The translations under genes were made by a program, and so were the position numbers. The notes below the pieces were generated by a model, which was given only the letters and a program-made list of their open reading frames with translations, made no database searches and was not told the DNA's origin. Positions 37,671 to 50,060 of a stretch of DNA of 64,000 bases are shown in pieces; position 1 is the stretch's first letter; each line of letters opens with the position of its first letter. Location: contig NC_090413.1 in NCBI RefSeq assembly GCF_036365525.1, positions 13,376,151-13,440,150 on the forward strand, given 5' to 3'. This stretch comes from Heterodontus francisci (taxonomy: Eukaryota).

Positions 37671-38539
37671 ATGAAAATTAAACTATGGCTTTAATTTGAA
37701 ACGAGTGAAGATGTTCCCAATGTCAAATAACTTGCACAAACAGCACATCAATGGGTACTACCCTAGCAAACCAGATGTGAACAAATCAGGAACAGCTGAT
37801 ACAGTGCAATATATAAATGAATAGAATTGGATTTTGAATTAATTTCAGAGATTCTGATACTCCAGGGTCTGAAAATGTTCTAGAGTCAAACTTACTGCCC
37901 TCAATGTTAGGTGACTGAAATGAAAGTTGGACTGTCAGATTGTCCCCCTCGGCTCCCCTATGCATCAGGGCTCCAACAGATAGCACTGTCAACTGAAGAT
38001 AAAACTCCCCAAAACAGATTCTTTGAAAAGCACTGTTCTATTGTGTCTACTATTTGAGATCCAGAAGTCTGACTGATCTGAGAAATGGGAGATCTGCAAG
38101 ATGACCACTGATTAACCAGGTCAGTTGAAGGGACCAAATTAACAGATAAGTTTTTGGGGAAACATGAATATCACTGTGGCCTCAAGTATCTGCAAACAAT
38201 CTCTGGTTGGAATACATGAATACTCCTGCAGAAACAATATCAATTTCTGAAGTACTAAGGACCGATCTAAATGTAGCGATTCTTTGCTGGGCAGTTCCAA
38301 ACATCACTCCTCTCATTACTGATTGTCAAAGTACTTCGACAATGAATATCAGCAACAGCGGAATCCTGAGATGGAGTGCCACCTCTAACTGGTGTGGCGG
38401 TAAAACAAGGGACAGTTATTTGGACATTTGCTTGGTTCAAATAAAATTGAGTAACAGTTTTAAGAGCATCCTAAATTGGCTGTGGACTGAATACTAAACA
38501 AAATATGTAAATAAACAAAAGCTAATAATAGTGCAAGCT

Positions 38540-39055
38540 CCCAACTGGAGCATTGCATCCTGTTCTGGTCACCACACTTCAGGAAGGATGGGAGGGTCCT
38601 TGAGAGGGTGCAGAGGACATTTACCAGAATGATTGCAGGGTTGGGGGAATTTTAGTTACAAGGTTAGGTTGCAAAAGCTGGGTTTGCTCTCAGAACAAAG
38701 GAGATTGAGGGGAGATTTAACAGAAGAGTACAAGATTAGGACAGGCTAAGTTAGACAAGGAAAAATTGTTCCCGTTAACAAATGGTACAAGGACTAGGGG
38801 GACACAGATTGAAGGTTTTGGACGAAAGATTCAGGGGGAATATAAGAAAGCACTTTTTTTTTACACAGCGGGTGACAATGGCCTGGAAAACTCCGTCCAC
38901 AAGGGTAGTGGAAGCAGAAACAATCAATGACTTCAAAAGGAAGTTGGCTGGCCACTTGAGAGAAATAGAGTTGTAGGGCGACTGGGATTGAGCCGGGGAG
39001 TAGGACTGTCTGCATAGCTCCGTGAAGAGCCAGCATAAATGACTATGACTCTGTC
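38540..39055 (+). mobile_element. CR1 3' fragment
   Basis: caactggagcattgcatcctgttctggtcacca..GGHRLKV..FFTQRV..AWK..RVVEAET. Confidence 0.88.
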
Positions 39056-39739
39056 TGAAGACAATAATCTAAATACAGACAAGCTCGAAGACAACTCATC
39101 CAAAGAGTCAATGACTTAGACCATGGCTGCTGTGGAACATTTTGCAGTAATGAATTTGTCCTTTGAAGTTTAATCTGAGGAATTTAAGGTGGTATGGCAG
39201 AATGGTAGCATGCATCTTTGAAGTCTTTTTTAGACCAACCAGTCCTTGGATATACCACCTGAATAACCTAAGGGAATATTATATTCATGGTTCTCATTTG
39301 AGGAACTAAATTAATAGTTTCATATCCAATGTTGCATAGAATCCTCCTGCCTTTCACAAATTACTAAGTACTAGAGCCCTACTCTCTCCAGTTTTCGAGG
39401 ACAATGCTGCTATCTCATAAGTAATCAGATTTTTGTCTTTAGCTTATGTGACTTCACATAATTAGCATAAATCTGATTTTTGAAAAATAGCTCCAGTGAG
39501 CTGTCTCTCTGGAAAGCCCATGTGAGGATCCCATTGTTCTTCGGCAAAGCTGACATCTGGTGATTAATACACGTAACTGGCAGCAAGCCATGAGGCCTAG
39601 CTATCACATTCAAAGAGAAACACTTGGTTCAGTGCATTTGGGCTACACAAACGACTGAGCCATATGGAAAATCTACTACAGGAGGGAAATTCCTTCTAGT
39701 AGGTAACTGATGGCTATACATAATTTCCCAAAACAGTGA

Positions 39740-40320
39740 CTGAGTGCAGCCATAAAAAATAAATAGAATTTTCAGCTTTATAAATAGGAGCAGAGAGTAC
39801 AGGGTAAAGAAGTAATGATGAATTTATACACTACACTAGTTAGGCCTCAGTTAGACTACTATTGCAGAAAGAACATTAAAACATTGAGAGCGTACAGTGT
39901 AGGTTCACCAGGATGATGCCAAGGTTGGAATACTACAGTTGAGATATTGAGACAACTTTCAATATAGCAAAGAAGGTCAAAAGAAGAATCAAAAGATTTT
40001 CAAAATTATGAAGAATTTTGATAGATTAAATAGGGAAAGACTATATCCTCTGGCTGGGGAGTCAATGAGGGATCATCAATCGTCACTAAGAATATGGAGA
40101 GAATTCAGAGATGCCTTGCACAGAGGATTATAGGAGCACAGACTGCTGTGTCAGAGAGTTGTTCAGGAAGCAGCACCCAAAGCATCTTTGAAAGACAAAT
40201 TGGATCAATATTTGAAGCAGAGCAAGATACAGGCTATGGCGAAAAAGCAGAGCAGTGGATTTAGTTTTGGATTTATTGAACCTTTAGACTGCACAACTGG
40301 TCTCCTCCTGTGCTGTAAAT
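39740..40320 (+). mobile_element. Very old CR1 3' fragment
   Basis: ctagttaggcctcagttagactac (LVRPQLDY)..aggttcaccaggatgatgccaagg; tail ggtctcctcctgtgctgtaaat. Confidence 0.75.
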
Positions 40321-40883
40321 GCCAATGGCCAACATGAAAGGAGTCACAGCCCTGACTGCTAAGTTCTAGCTCCAAAAATAAGGCATCTCAATGCCACAAA
40401 CAAACAGGAAGCCACAGTATTACTCACAACATCTCAGCTTGAAGGTCCAACCAGAGATCAGCCTGCTTTGGACAAAAGTTCTGTTGATAAAGTTAAAGAA
40501 TACCACTTCTGGAAAGAGTCTAATTTCATTGTTTTCTAAGTTTTGCACTGTTACAGTACCTTGCTGTACAATTTGACTTCTATTGTTACTTAATATATAA
40601 ATAAATCCAACCAAGCAGTTTTCATGTGCTCCTATTGGTCTAAAGAATTATTCTTCTCTAAATTGTCAGATTGCTTGTCCGACATCCAGTACTGGATGAG
40701 CAGAAATTTCCCGTATTTAAATATTGGGAAAATTGAAGCCATTGTCTTCAGTCCCTTGCCACCAACTCTATCCCTCTCCTTAGCAACTAAAGCTGAACCA
40801 GACTGTCCGCAACCTTGTTGTCATAGTTGACCCCGAGATGAGCTCTGACCTCAAATCTGCTCCATCACTAATAACAACTGTAT

Positions 40884-41768
40884 TGCTATGACCAGGTGAG
40901 AAAGGTGTCTTGGAATCCCTCTCAGCCTTCACCTGGTCTTACCGTAACAGGGTTTAATTTTAAACACATCGTGTTTTTAGCTCCCCTTTGGTGAATCCTT
41001 GTTCACTGCTTTCCAATTATAAGGCAAACAAATCAGCACAAGCAGGCTTTCTTAGACTTAAAGAAGGAAAGTTGAAATTTATTAAACTTAAACTCTAATT
41101 TGGTTGACACGACGCGCCCAGACTAGCATGCATGTGCGATACACACATGCAAATAGAGACAGAAAAGAGAAGAAAAATAAAGTGGAAAGATTTGAGGAAA
41201 TATCTGAAGAGTTGTTGTTACGGTTCTTCGAACTCACTGAATCCTTGATCGTAGATAGATCTTGCTTTTCATTAGGGCCCAGTATTCTTAAACCTTGTTC
41301 GCTGTCGGACACTTTTCTCTCTTGGGGTTCATGTGTCTTCAGTGGATTCAGAGGCTTGCGAGAAAGAGATGGAGGAGACAGGACAGAGATCTTCTCAGTC
41401 CAGGAACAAACAGACTTTCTGCCCAAACTGTACGTCCAAATTCAAAAAATTCAGGTTGCTCAGCAGGTTAGTCATATGACTAAGCTGGTTTGCCCATGTC
41501 CATTTGTGTATTCGGCCATCTCAGCAGCCAACCTGGAATGCGAGCTTCCCCAACTTCAACGTCTGATCAAAAGTCCATTGTGGGTTGAATGTGTCAGGGA
41601 ATGGCTGTTTTGTCCTTCGAAACACTGTCTGTTAATATGCAAATATCTTTTCCAGCCACGGCTGATCTGTTTAACAAGTCCTTTCTTCACTCCAGTCACA
41701 ATTTAAAATCAATGCTCATGACAAAATTGATGTGTTTCATTCTTGACAGGTGGGGGCCTAGCATGACA
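40884..41768 (-). repeat. 3' LTR of family B element
   Basis: Direct repeat of 44969-45829. Preceded on the minus strand by a weak purine tract GGTTTTGGAGG. Confidence 0.95.
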
Positions 41769-42519
41769 CCTCCAAAACCAGCAGGATGAAATGCAATTTG
41801 AGAAAAGCACATTTCATTCAAAGGCTCGAGGGAAAATTGTAAGGTACAGAATAAAACCATGCATTTCTCTCATTCATTCATAAATCCCAAAACTTATTAT
41901 AACCTGTCTTCTCTTGGTGCCAGTGCTGCTTTAATTGCCCCCTTTTTGGCATCCCAATAAACATGTGTTTTTTTGGGGAAGTTTCTCTTCTGTTTGCCCA
42001 TTTCCATGGCTGCCTAGGGTCTTTGTTCCTGCTAAGGGGTAATTTTTTTTTAAAAAGTCAGTAGTGGGCAGGTCTATCCTGAACTCTTTCTCAGTGCTTT
42101 GCTGAGTCATACAAAAGCTTCAGATTTCAGGGGATGGGCGGTTCGCTTTTTCTCCGACTGTGGGGGAGGATTCTTTGCTAATCTCCCCTTTGTCCCTGAG
42201 GATACTCCTGCCTGCACCTCTACTGCATTCCCCTGTGGCACTTTGACTAGGTGAGGCATCACACTCACGGTTTCTCTGCCCCCTAGAGAACTTTCTTTGT
42301 CTCTGCAGGTTCCTGTAAATGCTGTTAGCAACTCTGGTGGGGTGCTTCTTGTGTCTGCATTTACGTAGGAGGTTATGGGGTCTAACCTTTAACAGTTTCC
42401 GGGGTTGGCTGACTGGACAGTAGGGATTTTCATCCGGGATTCCTCCTGGACTTCCTTTAATCCGCCCTCTTGGTCACTTTTTTCCCTTCTCTGTCTAACC
42501 TTTTGGCAGCCTTGAGCCT

Positions 42520-43690
42520 GCCTGTCCCTTTTTGTTCTTGGCGGGGGCCCCTTACAGTTCACCAGCCCTCTGCTGCAGGGTCCTCCTAACACCAGTACAG
42601 GACTTAGGGGTGCAGGTTTCACTGTAGGTTGGGGTGTCCCTTCAGCCTGGCACACGTGGCAACTCCTGCAGTACTCCACCACATCTTTGTGGAGTTTTGG
42701 CCAGTCAAACTGCAGTCTCATGCGATCTTTGGTCTTTCCTATACCGGCATGTACAGCCACTGTAGTCTTGAGGGCCGGTTGTAATATTTCTCTCCAGTAC
42801 CTCTGCGGCACCATTAACTGGTGAACTACTGTACACTCCTTGCTCTCAGGTCTGTGAGGAGAACTCCATTTCTTCATCAGTACCTCATTCTCTAAATAGT
42901 AGCAATCAAGGACTCTCTCTGCTTCACTTTAAGGCTGGGCAGCCTGTGCTAACTCTCAATACTGGGTCGGCTCGCTGAACCTCAGCTAGGGAAAATTCAT
43001 CCCCTTGGTGTCCTAACTTTCCAAAGAAAGTCTTGGCTAGGCAAACCTTATGGTCATCTGCCTGCAGTGCCAATGCAGTCTCCTCTGGGGGAGCTGGTTT
43101 GATCATGGCCTGATCACTACACATTCAGGGAAACCGCAGGGGTCAGTTTCCCGCCACTGCCCTGTCTCTCTGACCTCCTGTGGTCTTTCTTTCACTACTG
43201 GGAGGGGCTATCACCTTCACCCCTGCCAGATCATTAACTAGGAGGTCAACCTTGTCCAGAGGCAAACTAAGGACAATCCCTATGGTCACTGGTCCCGAAA
43301 CTAGGTCGCACTCCAGGTGCACCCAGTGTACAGGTACAGGCATACACTGCCCTCCAATACCATTCACCACCATTCTGGTGTTCACTGCACTCTCTGGGGG
43401 AAAGGTAAGGCCTTTTCCCAGTAAAAGGGATCTAGTGGCCCATGTCCCTGAGAATTACTTGGGCTTGCTTGCCCCACTTGAGGGGTATGGGGTTACTTTC
43501 CCTTCAAACACAAAACCCTGATAACCTTCAGGAATCCTATTAAATTTTCCTGCACTTGCAGTAGTGAGCTTCTCTGGGTCACACTCTTACTGCAGTTAAA
43601 GCCACAGCTTGTTCCGCTGTGCTTTTCATCAGGTTCGCTTCTTCACTGAGCAGGTGTGCCCTGATTAACCCTACTGGTTTCCCTTTAGTT
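42520..43690 (-). pseudogene. pol: Protease and integrase N-terminal zinc-finger remnant
   Basis: GATRSLLL, VHLECDLVSGPVTIGIV..LLVNDLAG, MVPQRYWREIL..VHAGIGKTKDRMRLQFDWPKLHKDVVEYCRSCHVCQ..VNCKGPPPRTKR. Confidence 0.85.
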
Positions 43691-44825
43691 TCCAACAGTC
43701 AGCTCTTAAATAGCCTGCTTTATTACAATGGAAGCACACAGGTCTCCGGGTCTCTCTTGCTCACAGCACCTTCCTTTTTGGCTAGAGGAGAGCCCCCTGT
43801 GTCTCCTGCTTTCTTTTCTCTCCCAGGGTTGCTTGGGCTCCTATACCCTTCCCACCCTTTGTCCCTTTCGGATTTGTGGGGGTGACTAGGAAAGGTTCTC
43901 CCCTGGGAAAACGACTTATAAATTAAAGCAAACTCATTGGCTAGGACGGCCGCTTGCTGTGCTCTCTGGACCCGTTGCTCCTCTACATGGGTCTTTATGG
44001 AGAGTGGGAGAGAGTGTTTAAATTCCTCTAACAGAATTACTTCTTGCTTCTTGGAGATTCTCATAGCTGAGAGAGCCCTCAGTCACTGATCAAAAGCTAG
44101 CTGCTTACTTCTTTCAAACTCCAGATAAGTTTGATTAGCATGCTTCTTGAAGGTTCTAAACTTTTGGTGATAGGCTTCGGGTACTAATTCATATGCCCAG
44201 AGGATAGCATTTTTGGTCAGTTCATAATTTGATGAACTCTCATCTGGCAACAAGGAATAAACATCTTTTCCAGTTAGCTTGCTTTGTAGTAAAAGAGGCC
44301 AGGTCTCAGCTGGCCATTTTAGCTGCTGTGACAGTTTCTCAAAAAGACACAAAAAATCCTTCGACATCCTCCTCACTGAATTTTGGAATTAGTTGAATTA
44401 TTAACAATTTTGTACACAGCCCCGAATTATGCTCCTCCATATTGGCCATGGCTTTCACTGGGGTCGCCCCGTAGTTAACTCAAACCATTTCAACACTCTC
44501 ACATTCCTTCCGGAATATTCTTTCTCTCTCCCTCTCCTGCCTTTCTCATGCTCTCTCTCCTCAAATTCAAGTTTCCTCTGTTCCAATTGTATCTTTGCTA
44601 ACAATACCTGTCGGAGTCTGCTTCTAACCCTGTTTCTGCTTCTTCAGATTCAAGGGAAAATGGTGGGCCGCTAGCCTTAGGAGTTCACACTTCCTAGCCT
44701 TGCCATGTACAGTGATCCCACACTGCTCAGCCATTTTCCTCAACTCCTCCACAGACAATGTTTTTAACTCATCCCAAGTTATTTCACCCTGGCTTGGAAA
44801 GCTACTAGCTTCAGATGCAGACATG
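43690..44825 (-). pseudogene. gag: gag pseudogene with SCAN-like domain
   Basis: MSASEASSFPSQGEITWDELKTLSVEELRK, LLQSKLTGK, YELVPEAYHQKFR and EVILLEEFKHSLPLSIKTHVEEQRVQRAQQAAVLANEF, with a CFHC knuckle remnant. Confidence 0.87.
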
Positions 44826-44968
44826 TTAGTATTCAAGCATGCACAACCACAAGAAAACCTGTATTGAAGTCTTGCTCTTTTTTGATTGGGAACAATTTGG
44901 CTTCCCACTTCCAATTTCCCTCATTTGTCTATTGGTCAATTCAGGATGCTAGCACCCAAATTTCTGGG

Positions 44969-45829
44969 TGCTACAAACAGGTGAGAAAGTTGTTTTTGGG
45001 TCCCTCTCAGCCTTCTCCTGGTCTTACTGTAATAGGGTTTAATTTTAAACACAATGTGTCTTTAGCTCCCCCTTGGTGAATCCTTGTTCATCGCTTTCCA
45101 ATTACAAGGCAAAGAAACCAGCATAAACAGGCTTTCTTAGGTTTAAGGAAGAAAAGTTGAAATTTAAACAAACTCTAATTCGGTTGATGCCTAAAGATAC
45201 ACGACTCTCCCATGGTAGCATGCATATGCGATTCATCCATGCAAATAGAGACAGAAAAGAGAAGAAAAATAAGGTGGAAAGATTTGAGGCAATTCTTCGA
45301 GCTCACTGTAGAGTCCTTGATTGTAGGTAGATCTTGCTTTTCGTTGGAGCCCAGTATTCTTCTTAAACTTTGTTCGCTGTAGGAGACTTTTCTCTCTTGG
45401 GTTTCACGTGTCTTCAGTGGATTAGGAGGCTTGCGAGAAAGAAATGGGAGCAGACAGGAGAGAGATCTTCTCAGTCCAGGAGCAAACAGCTTTCTGCTCA
45501 AACCGTTCGTACAAATTCAAAAAATTCAGGTTGCCAAGCAGGTTAGTCATGTGACTAACATTTGTGCATTCGGCCATCTTAGCAGTCAAACTGGAATGCG
45601 AGCTCCCCCACCTTCACCGTCTGGTGATAAAAAGTCCATTGTGGGTTGAATGTGTCAGTGAATGTCTGCTTTCTCCTTCCTAACGCTATCTGTTAATTTG
45701 CAAATGTCTTTTCCAGCCACAGCTGATCTGTTTAACAAGTCCTTTCTTCACTCCAGTAACAGTTTAAAATCAATGTTCGTGACCAAATGAATGTGCCTCA
45801 TTCTTGGCAGGTGGGGGCCTAGCATGACA
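44969..45829 (-). repeat. 5' LTR of family B element
   Basis: Direct repeat of 40884-41768. Followed on the minus strand by the PBS and gag. Confidence 0.95.
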
Positions 45830-47637
45830 GTATATTGTTTAACTGTATGCAGGTGGTGAGCATTAACTGGTGATTCACTTGAATACCTATAAATAGACAA
45901 GAGACTGAAACTGGGTTGTTGGTTTAGGAGGTGTATGGTTGTAATGCTGTATGTAAATGTGTGTGTGCAAGGGGAACAACTACTAAGACTACCTATTTCC
46001 ATGTCTGCAACACTGTACAATTCTGCCCCTGCCTCAGCTCACCCTCACCCGTGCTTTTGTTATCGCTAGACTTGACTATACTAATCCTGTTCTCCCCTCC
46101 CACATTCTACCCGCTGTAAACCTGAGTTTTTCCAAAACCCTGCTGCCCACATCCTAGCTTGCACAAAGTCCTGGTCACTCATCACCCACGCTTATGTGGC
46201 TCCATGTCAAATTGTATTCGATAACGCTCCTGTGAAGTGCCTTGGGATGTTTTACAATGTTAAAGGCACTATGTAAATACCGATGGGGGAAAATGATGGG
46301 CATCCCACGTATTCTTCAGCGAGCCATATAGAGTGATTAGGGAACAACTGTTAAATGTGAGTGTGCTAACTCAACACAAGGGACATATATTTTTAAAAAA
46401 AGAGGTTTTTCTTTACAGAGGACTTGGCCTACTTCTGGAACCACCCATCTAGCAGCAATCTTTAAAACCAGATTAAAATGTTGGGGAACAGTTTGAAGTG
46501 CATCATTGATTATCCTGCAAGTGTAAGTGTCTGACAGTTTTCAAGACACAGACATTTCAATTAACATTTGTTCTGCATGCATTGCTGGAAGTAAAGTCCC
46601 TCCACCTAGGCCACTGGTGTGTCAGAATTACTGCAGACTGTACCAATGCTCAGGGTGCTAATGGGGAGTACTCCAATATCTCAGAGTCATGTGGTCTCAT
46701 TAGCAGGGGCTAGAACAGCTCAGGAATCCTTTATTTACCTGCTATGGCTTCTGTGGTCCTCCCTGGAAGATCCTCCTATAAGGTACAAGATTAATTTTGA
46801 CTTCCCAGCATTGGCCAGGCTTACTTACCTAAAGCTTAGCTATTGTCCCTCATCTCTTTTTGAAGCTAAGTGGAAGCTAAGTGGAAGGGGGAGAATAGCT
46901 GAATCACCCTACACTCTAACAGGAATAAATAGCCCCAGAGTCTACTTGTGCGGAAGTTGCACAGAATGTGATTAATGTGCAGCACCGCTTTGTCTTCAAG
47001 AGCCAATGCAAATGAAAATAACGAGTGAGGTTCAACAGCTTTTGCATTCTATTTGGCATTTGTACGGACCAATGCCAAAGTGCCACTGGCGAAGCTAATT
47101 TGAATGCAGTTGTGATTTTTGTTTTGCTTGACAACTTTCATCAGGAGTAACCTGCCCCTGCTTTTGAGATATTCACCACTAATTTACTGGGAATGTATCC
47201 AGATTAATAACCCTCAACTTTCTTGAATGGAATGCAATATCCTGTCTTTTATCTTATGCGATTCAGGGTATCGCGTTTAAGCGCTCTCTCAAATTTGAGC
47301 TGGGAATTTAATGCAATTGTACCAGATTGGCTGGGGGTAGGGGAGGTAAGATTCTGTTTAGGTGACAGGCATTTAAGGCATCGTTCATGCCCATCATGTC
47401 AGCCAGGCTGTGGTAGCACTTAGAACACGGAGTCAGAAAACTATGGAGTGTTGGAAGAGTTTTGCTTAAATCTAAGCCATTGAACAGCCACCGTCATGGT
47501 TTGGTTCAGTTTTGTATGAGTGAGAATGTTTCCTCCCCCCACCCCTGCCACGTGTATGCTGGTTAGTCCCAATTTGAACCAGCACCTACAGTTCCAATAA
47601 GTACAACAATGAAATGTTCTGAACAGCAGTAGTTCTT

Positions 47638-50060
47638 TAAAAAAATTTATTAACGGGATGTGGACCTTGCTCGCAAAGTCCCACCTGTAACCGTCCTCGA
47701 GAAGGTGGTGGTGAACCACCTTCTTCAACCGCAAAGCAAGCAAGTCCAGTGGGCAGGCCAGGCAGGGGCAGGACAGGGAGCGTGGAAGGTCTGGTAGGCT
47801 AAACTGCATTTACTTAAATGCAAGAAGCCTTACACGTAAGGCAGATGAACTCAGAGCATGGATCGGTACATGGGATTGTGATATTATAGATATTACGGAA
47901 ACGTAGTTGAGGGATGGGCAGGACTGGCAGCTCAATGTTCCACAGTACCGATGCTTCCGGCATGGCAGAGGTGGAGGTAAGAGAGGAGGGGGAGTTGCAC
48001 TATTGATTAAGGAGGACATCATGGCAGTACTTAGAGAGGATATCCCGGAGGTGAACGTCCAGCGAGGCCATATGGGTAGAACTTAGAAATAATAAAGGGG
48101 TGATCACTTTGATGAGATTATACTGTAGGCCCCCCAATAGTCAGAGGGAATTGGAGGAGCATATATGTAGGGAAATCACAGATAGGTGTAGGAATTATAG
48201 GGTTGTAATAGTAGGTGATTTTAACTTCCCTAATATTGACTGGGACTGCCTTAGTGCTAAGGGATCAGATGGGGAAGAATTTAAGTGTGTCCAGGATAGT
48301 TTTCTGAAGCAGTATGTGGATGGCCCTACTAGAGAAGGGGCTACACTCGACCTCCTCTTAGGAAATGAGGCTGGGCAGATGGTTGATGTGTCAGTGGGGG
48401 AGCACTTTGGGACCAGTCACCATAACTCTATTAGCTTCAAGATAGTTATGGAAAAGGAGACTGGTCCTTAAGTTGAAGTCCTAAATTGGGGGAAGGCTAA
48501 TTTTGATGGCATCAGACAGGAACTCTCAAAAGTTGAATGGGAGAGGCTGTTTACAGGTAAAGGGACAGCTGGCAAGTGGGAGGCTTTTAAAAGTGAGATG
48601 GGAAGAGTTCGGGGCAAAGTGATGCATTTTGGGAAGTTAAACCAGGGCAGGACATAAACAGTGAATGGCAGGGCCCTGGGCAGTATTGTTGAGCGGAGAG
48701 ACCTTGGTGTGCAAGTACATAGTTCCTTGAAAGTGGCAACACAGGTAGACAGGGTGGTGAAGGCGGCGTAGGGCATGCTTGCCTTCATCGGTCGAGGCAC
48801 TGAGTACAAGAGTTGGGACGTCATGTTACAGTTGTACATAACGTTGGTTAGGCCGCATTTGGAGTACTGTGTGCAGTTCTGGTCGCTGCACTACAGGAAA
48901 GATGTGCTTAAGCTAGAAAGGGTGCAGAAAAGATTCACAAGGATGTTGCCTGGTTTGGAGGGCTTGAGTTATAAAGAGAGATTGGATAGGCTGGGTCTAT
49001 TTTCCCTGGACCGAAGGAGGCAGAGAGGGGACATGATAGAGGTATATAAAATTATGAGAGGCATAGATAGGGTAGATAGCCAGAGTCTGTTTCCCATGGT
49101 AGGGGTGACTAAAACTAGAGGGCGTAGATTTAAGGTGAGAGGGAGGAGGTTTAAAGGAGATCAAAAGGGTGCATTTTTCACACAAAGAATAGTGGGTATC
49201 TGGAATGAGCTGCCAGAGGACGTGGTGGAGGCAGGAACAGTAGCAACATTTAAGAGGCATGTGGACAGGTACTTGAATGAGCAAGGCATAGAGGGATATG
49301 GAATTAATGCAGGCAGGTGGGATTAGTATAGATAGGCATTATGGTCGGCATGGACGTGGTGGGCCGAAGGGCCTGTTTCTTTGCTGTACGACTCTTATGA
49401 CTCTATAGTCGCTCCAGTCTGTGTGGTGAAGGTGCACCCACAGTGCTGTTAGGAAGGGAGTTCCAGGATTCTGACCCAGCCACAGTGAAGGAACGGCGAT
49501 ATAGTTCCAAGTCAGGACAGTGTGGGGTTTGGAGGGGAACTTGCAGGTGGTGGTGTTCCAGTGCACCTGCTGCCCTTGTCCTTCTAGGTGGCAGAGGTTG
49601 GGGGTTTGGCAGGTGCTGTCTAAGGAGCCTTGGTGTGTTGCTGCAGTGCATTTTGTAGATGGTGTACACTGCAGCCACTTTGCACTGGTAGTGGAGGGAG
49701 TGAATATTTAAGGTGGTGGACGGGTTATTTGCTGCAAATGGTGTTGAGTTCGTCGTGTGCTGTTGGAGCTGCACTAATCCAGGCAAGTGGGGAACATTCC
49801 CTCACACTCCTGACTTGTACCTTTTGGATGGTGGAAATGCTTTGGGGAGTCAGGAGGTGAGGCACTTGCTGAAGAATACCCAGCCTCTGACCTGCTCTTG
49901 TAGCCACAGCATTTATGTAGCTGGTCCAGTGAAGCTTCTGATCAGTGGTGGGGAATTCAGTGATAGCAATGCCATTGAATGTTAAGGGGAAGTGAGTAGA
50001 CTCTCTTGTTGGAGATGGTCACTGCCTGGCACTTGTGTGGCATGAATGTTTTGGCACTTG
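47638..50060 (-). mobile_element. Second CR1-group LINE family 3' fragment (47638-47732 and 49410-50060) split by a CR1 insertion
   Basis: RAGQRLGIL..KVQVRSVRECSPLAW..LNIHSLH on minus. ttcttcaaccgc / gctccagtctgtgtggtg rejoin as in the unsplit copy at 33200-33240. Confidence 0.88.
47733..49409 (+). mobile_element. Internally deleted CR1: endonuclease domain joined to RT C-terminus and 3' UTR
   Basis: YLNARS, ITET, GGGVALL, YCRPPN, IVGDFNFPNIDW, PTREGATLDLLL, then at ~48616 directly VMHFG..HLEYCVQFWS and tail gggccgaagggcctgtttc..tatgactctat. Possible CGC duplication at 47730-47732 and 49410-49412. Confidence 0.92.

Larger units (their letters stand above)
40884..45829 (-). mobile_element. 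Gmr1-like Gypsy LTR retrotransposon (family B), two LTRs, internally deleted (no integrase core, RT or RNase H)
   Basis: LTRs 44969-45829 (5') and 40884-41768 (3') with TG..CA ends. Perfect TSD GTAT at 40880-40883 and 45830-45833. Degenerate tRNA-Pro PBS at ~44941-44958. gag, protease and IN zinc-finger remnants homologous to family A. Confidence 0.95.
40650..46280 (+). mobile_element. L2-clade LINE fragment (40650-40871 and 45982-46280) split by nested insertions
   Basis: LSDCLSDIQYWMSRNFPYLNIGKIEAIVF on the left. Continues ctccatcactaa / actaagactacctatttcca..cccctgcctcagctc on the right, ending with the L2 tail. Confidence 0.82.

Noticed and set aside
41104-41706. 200-aa ORF
   Set aside because: Lies antisense within an LTR and is interrupted in the two sister LTRs; no recognisable domain.
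46815-46905. Minus-strand micro-exon (polypyrimidine AG ... TAG|GTAAGT, 37 or 48 nt)
   Set aside because: Splice signals look good, but the 48-nt version has stops in all three frames, and the 37-nt version has stops in two frames and is not a multiple of three. No support as a coding exon.
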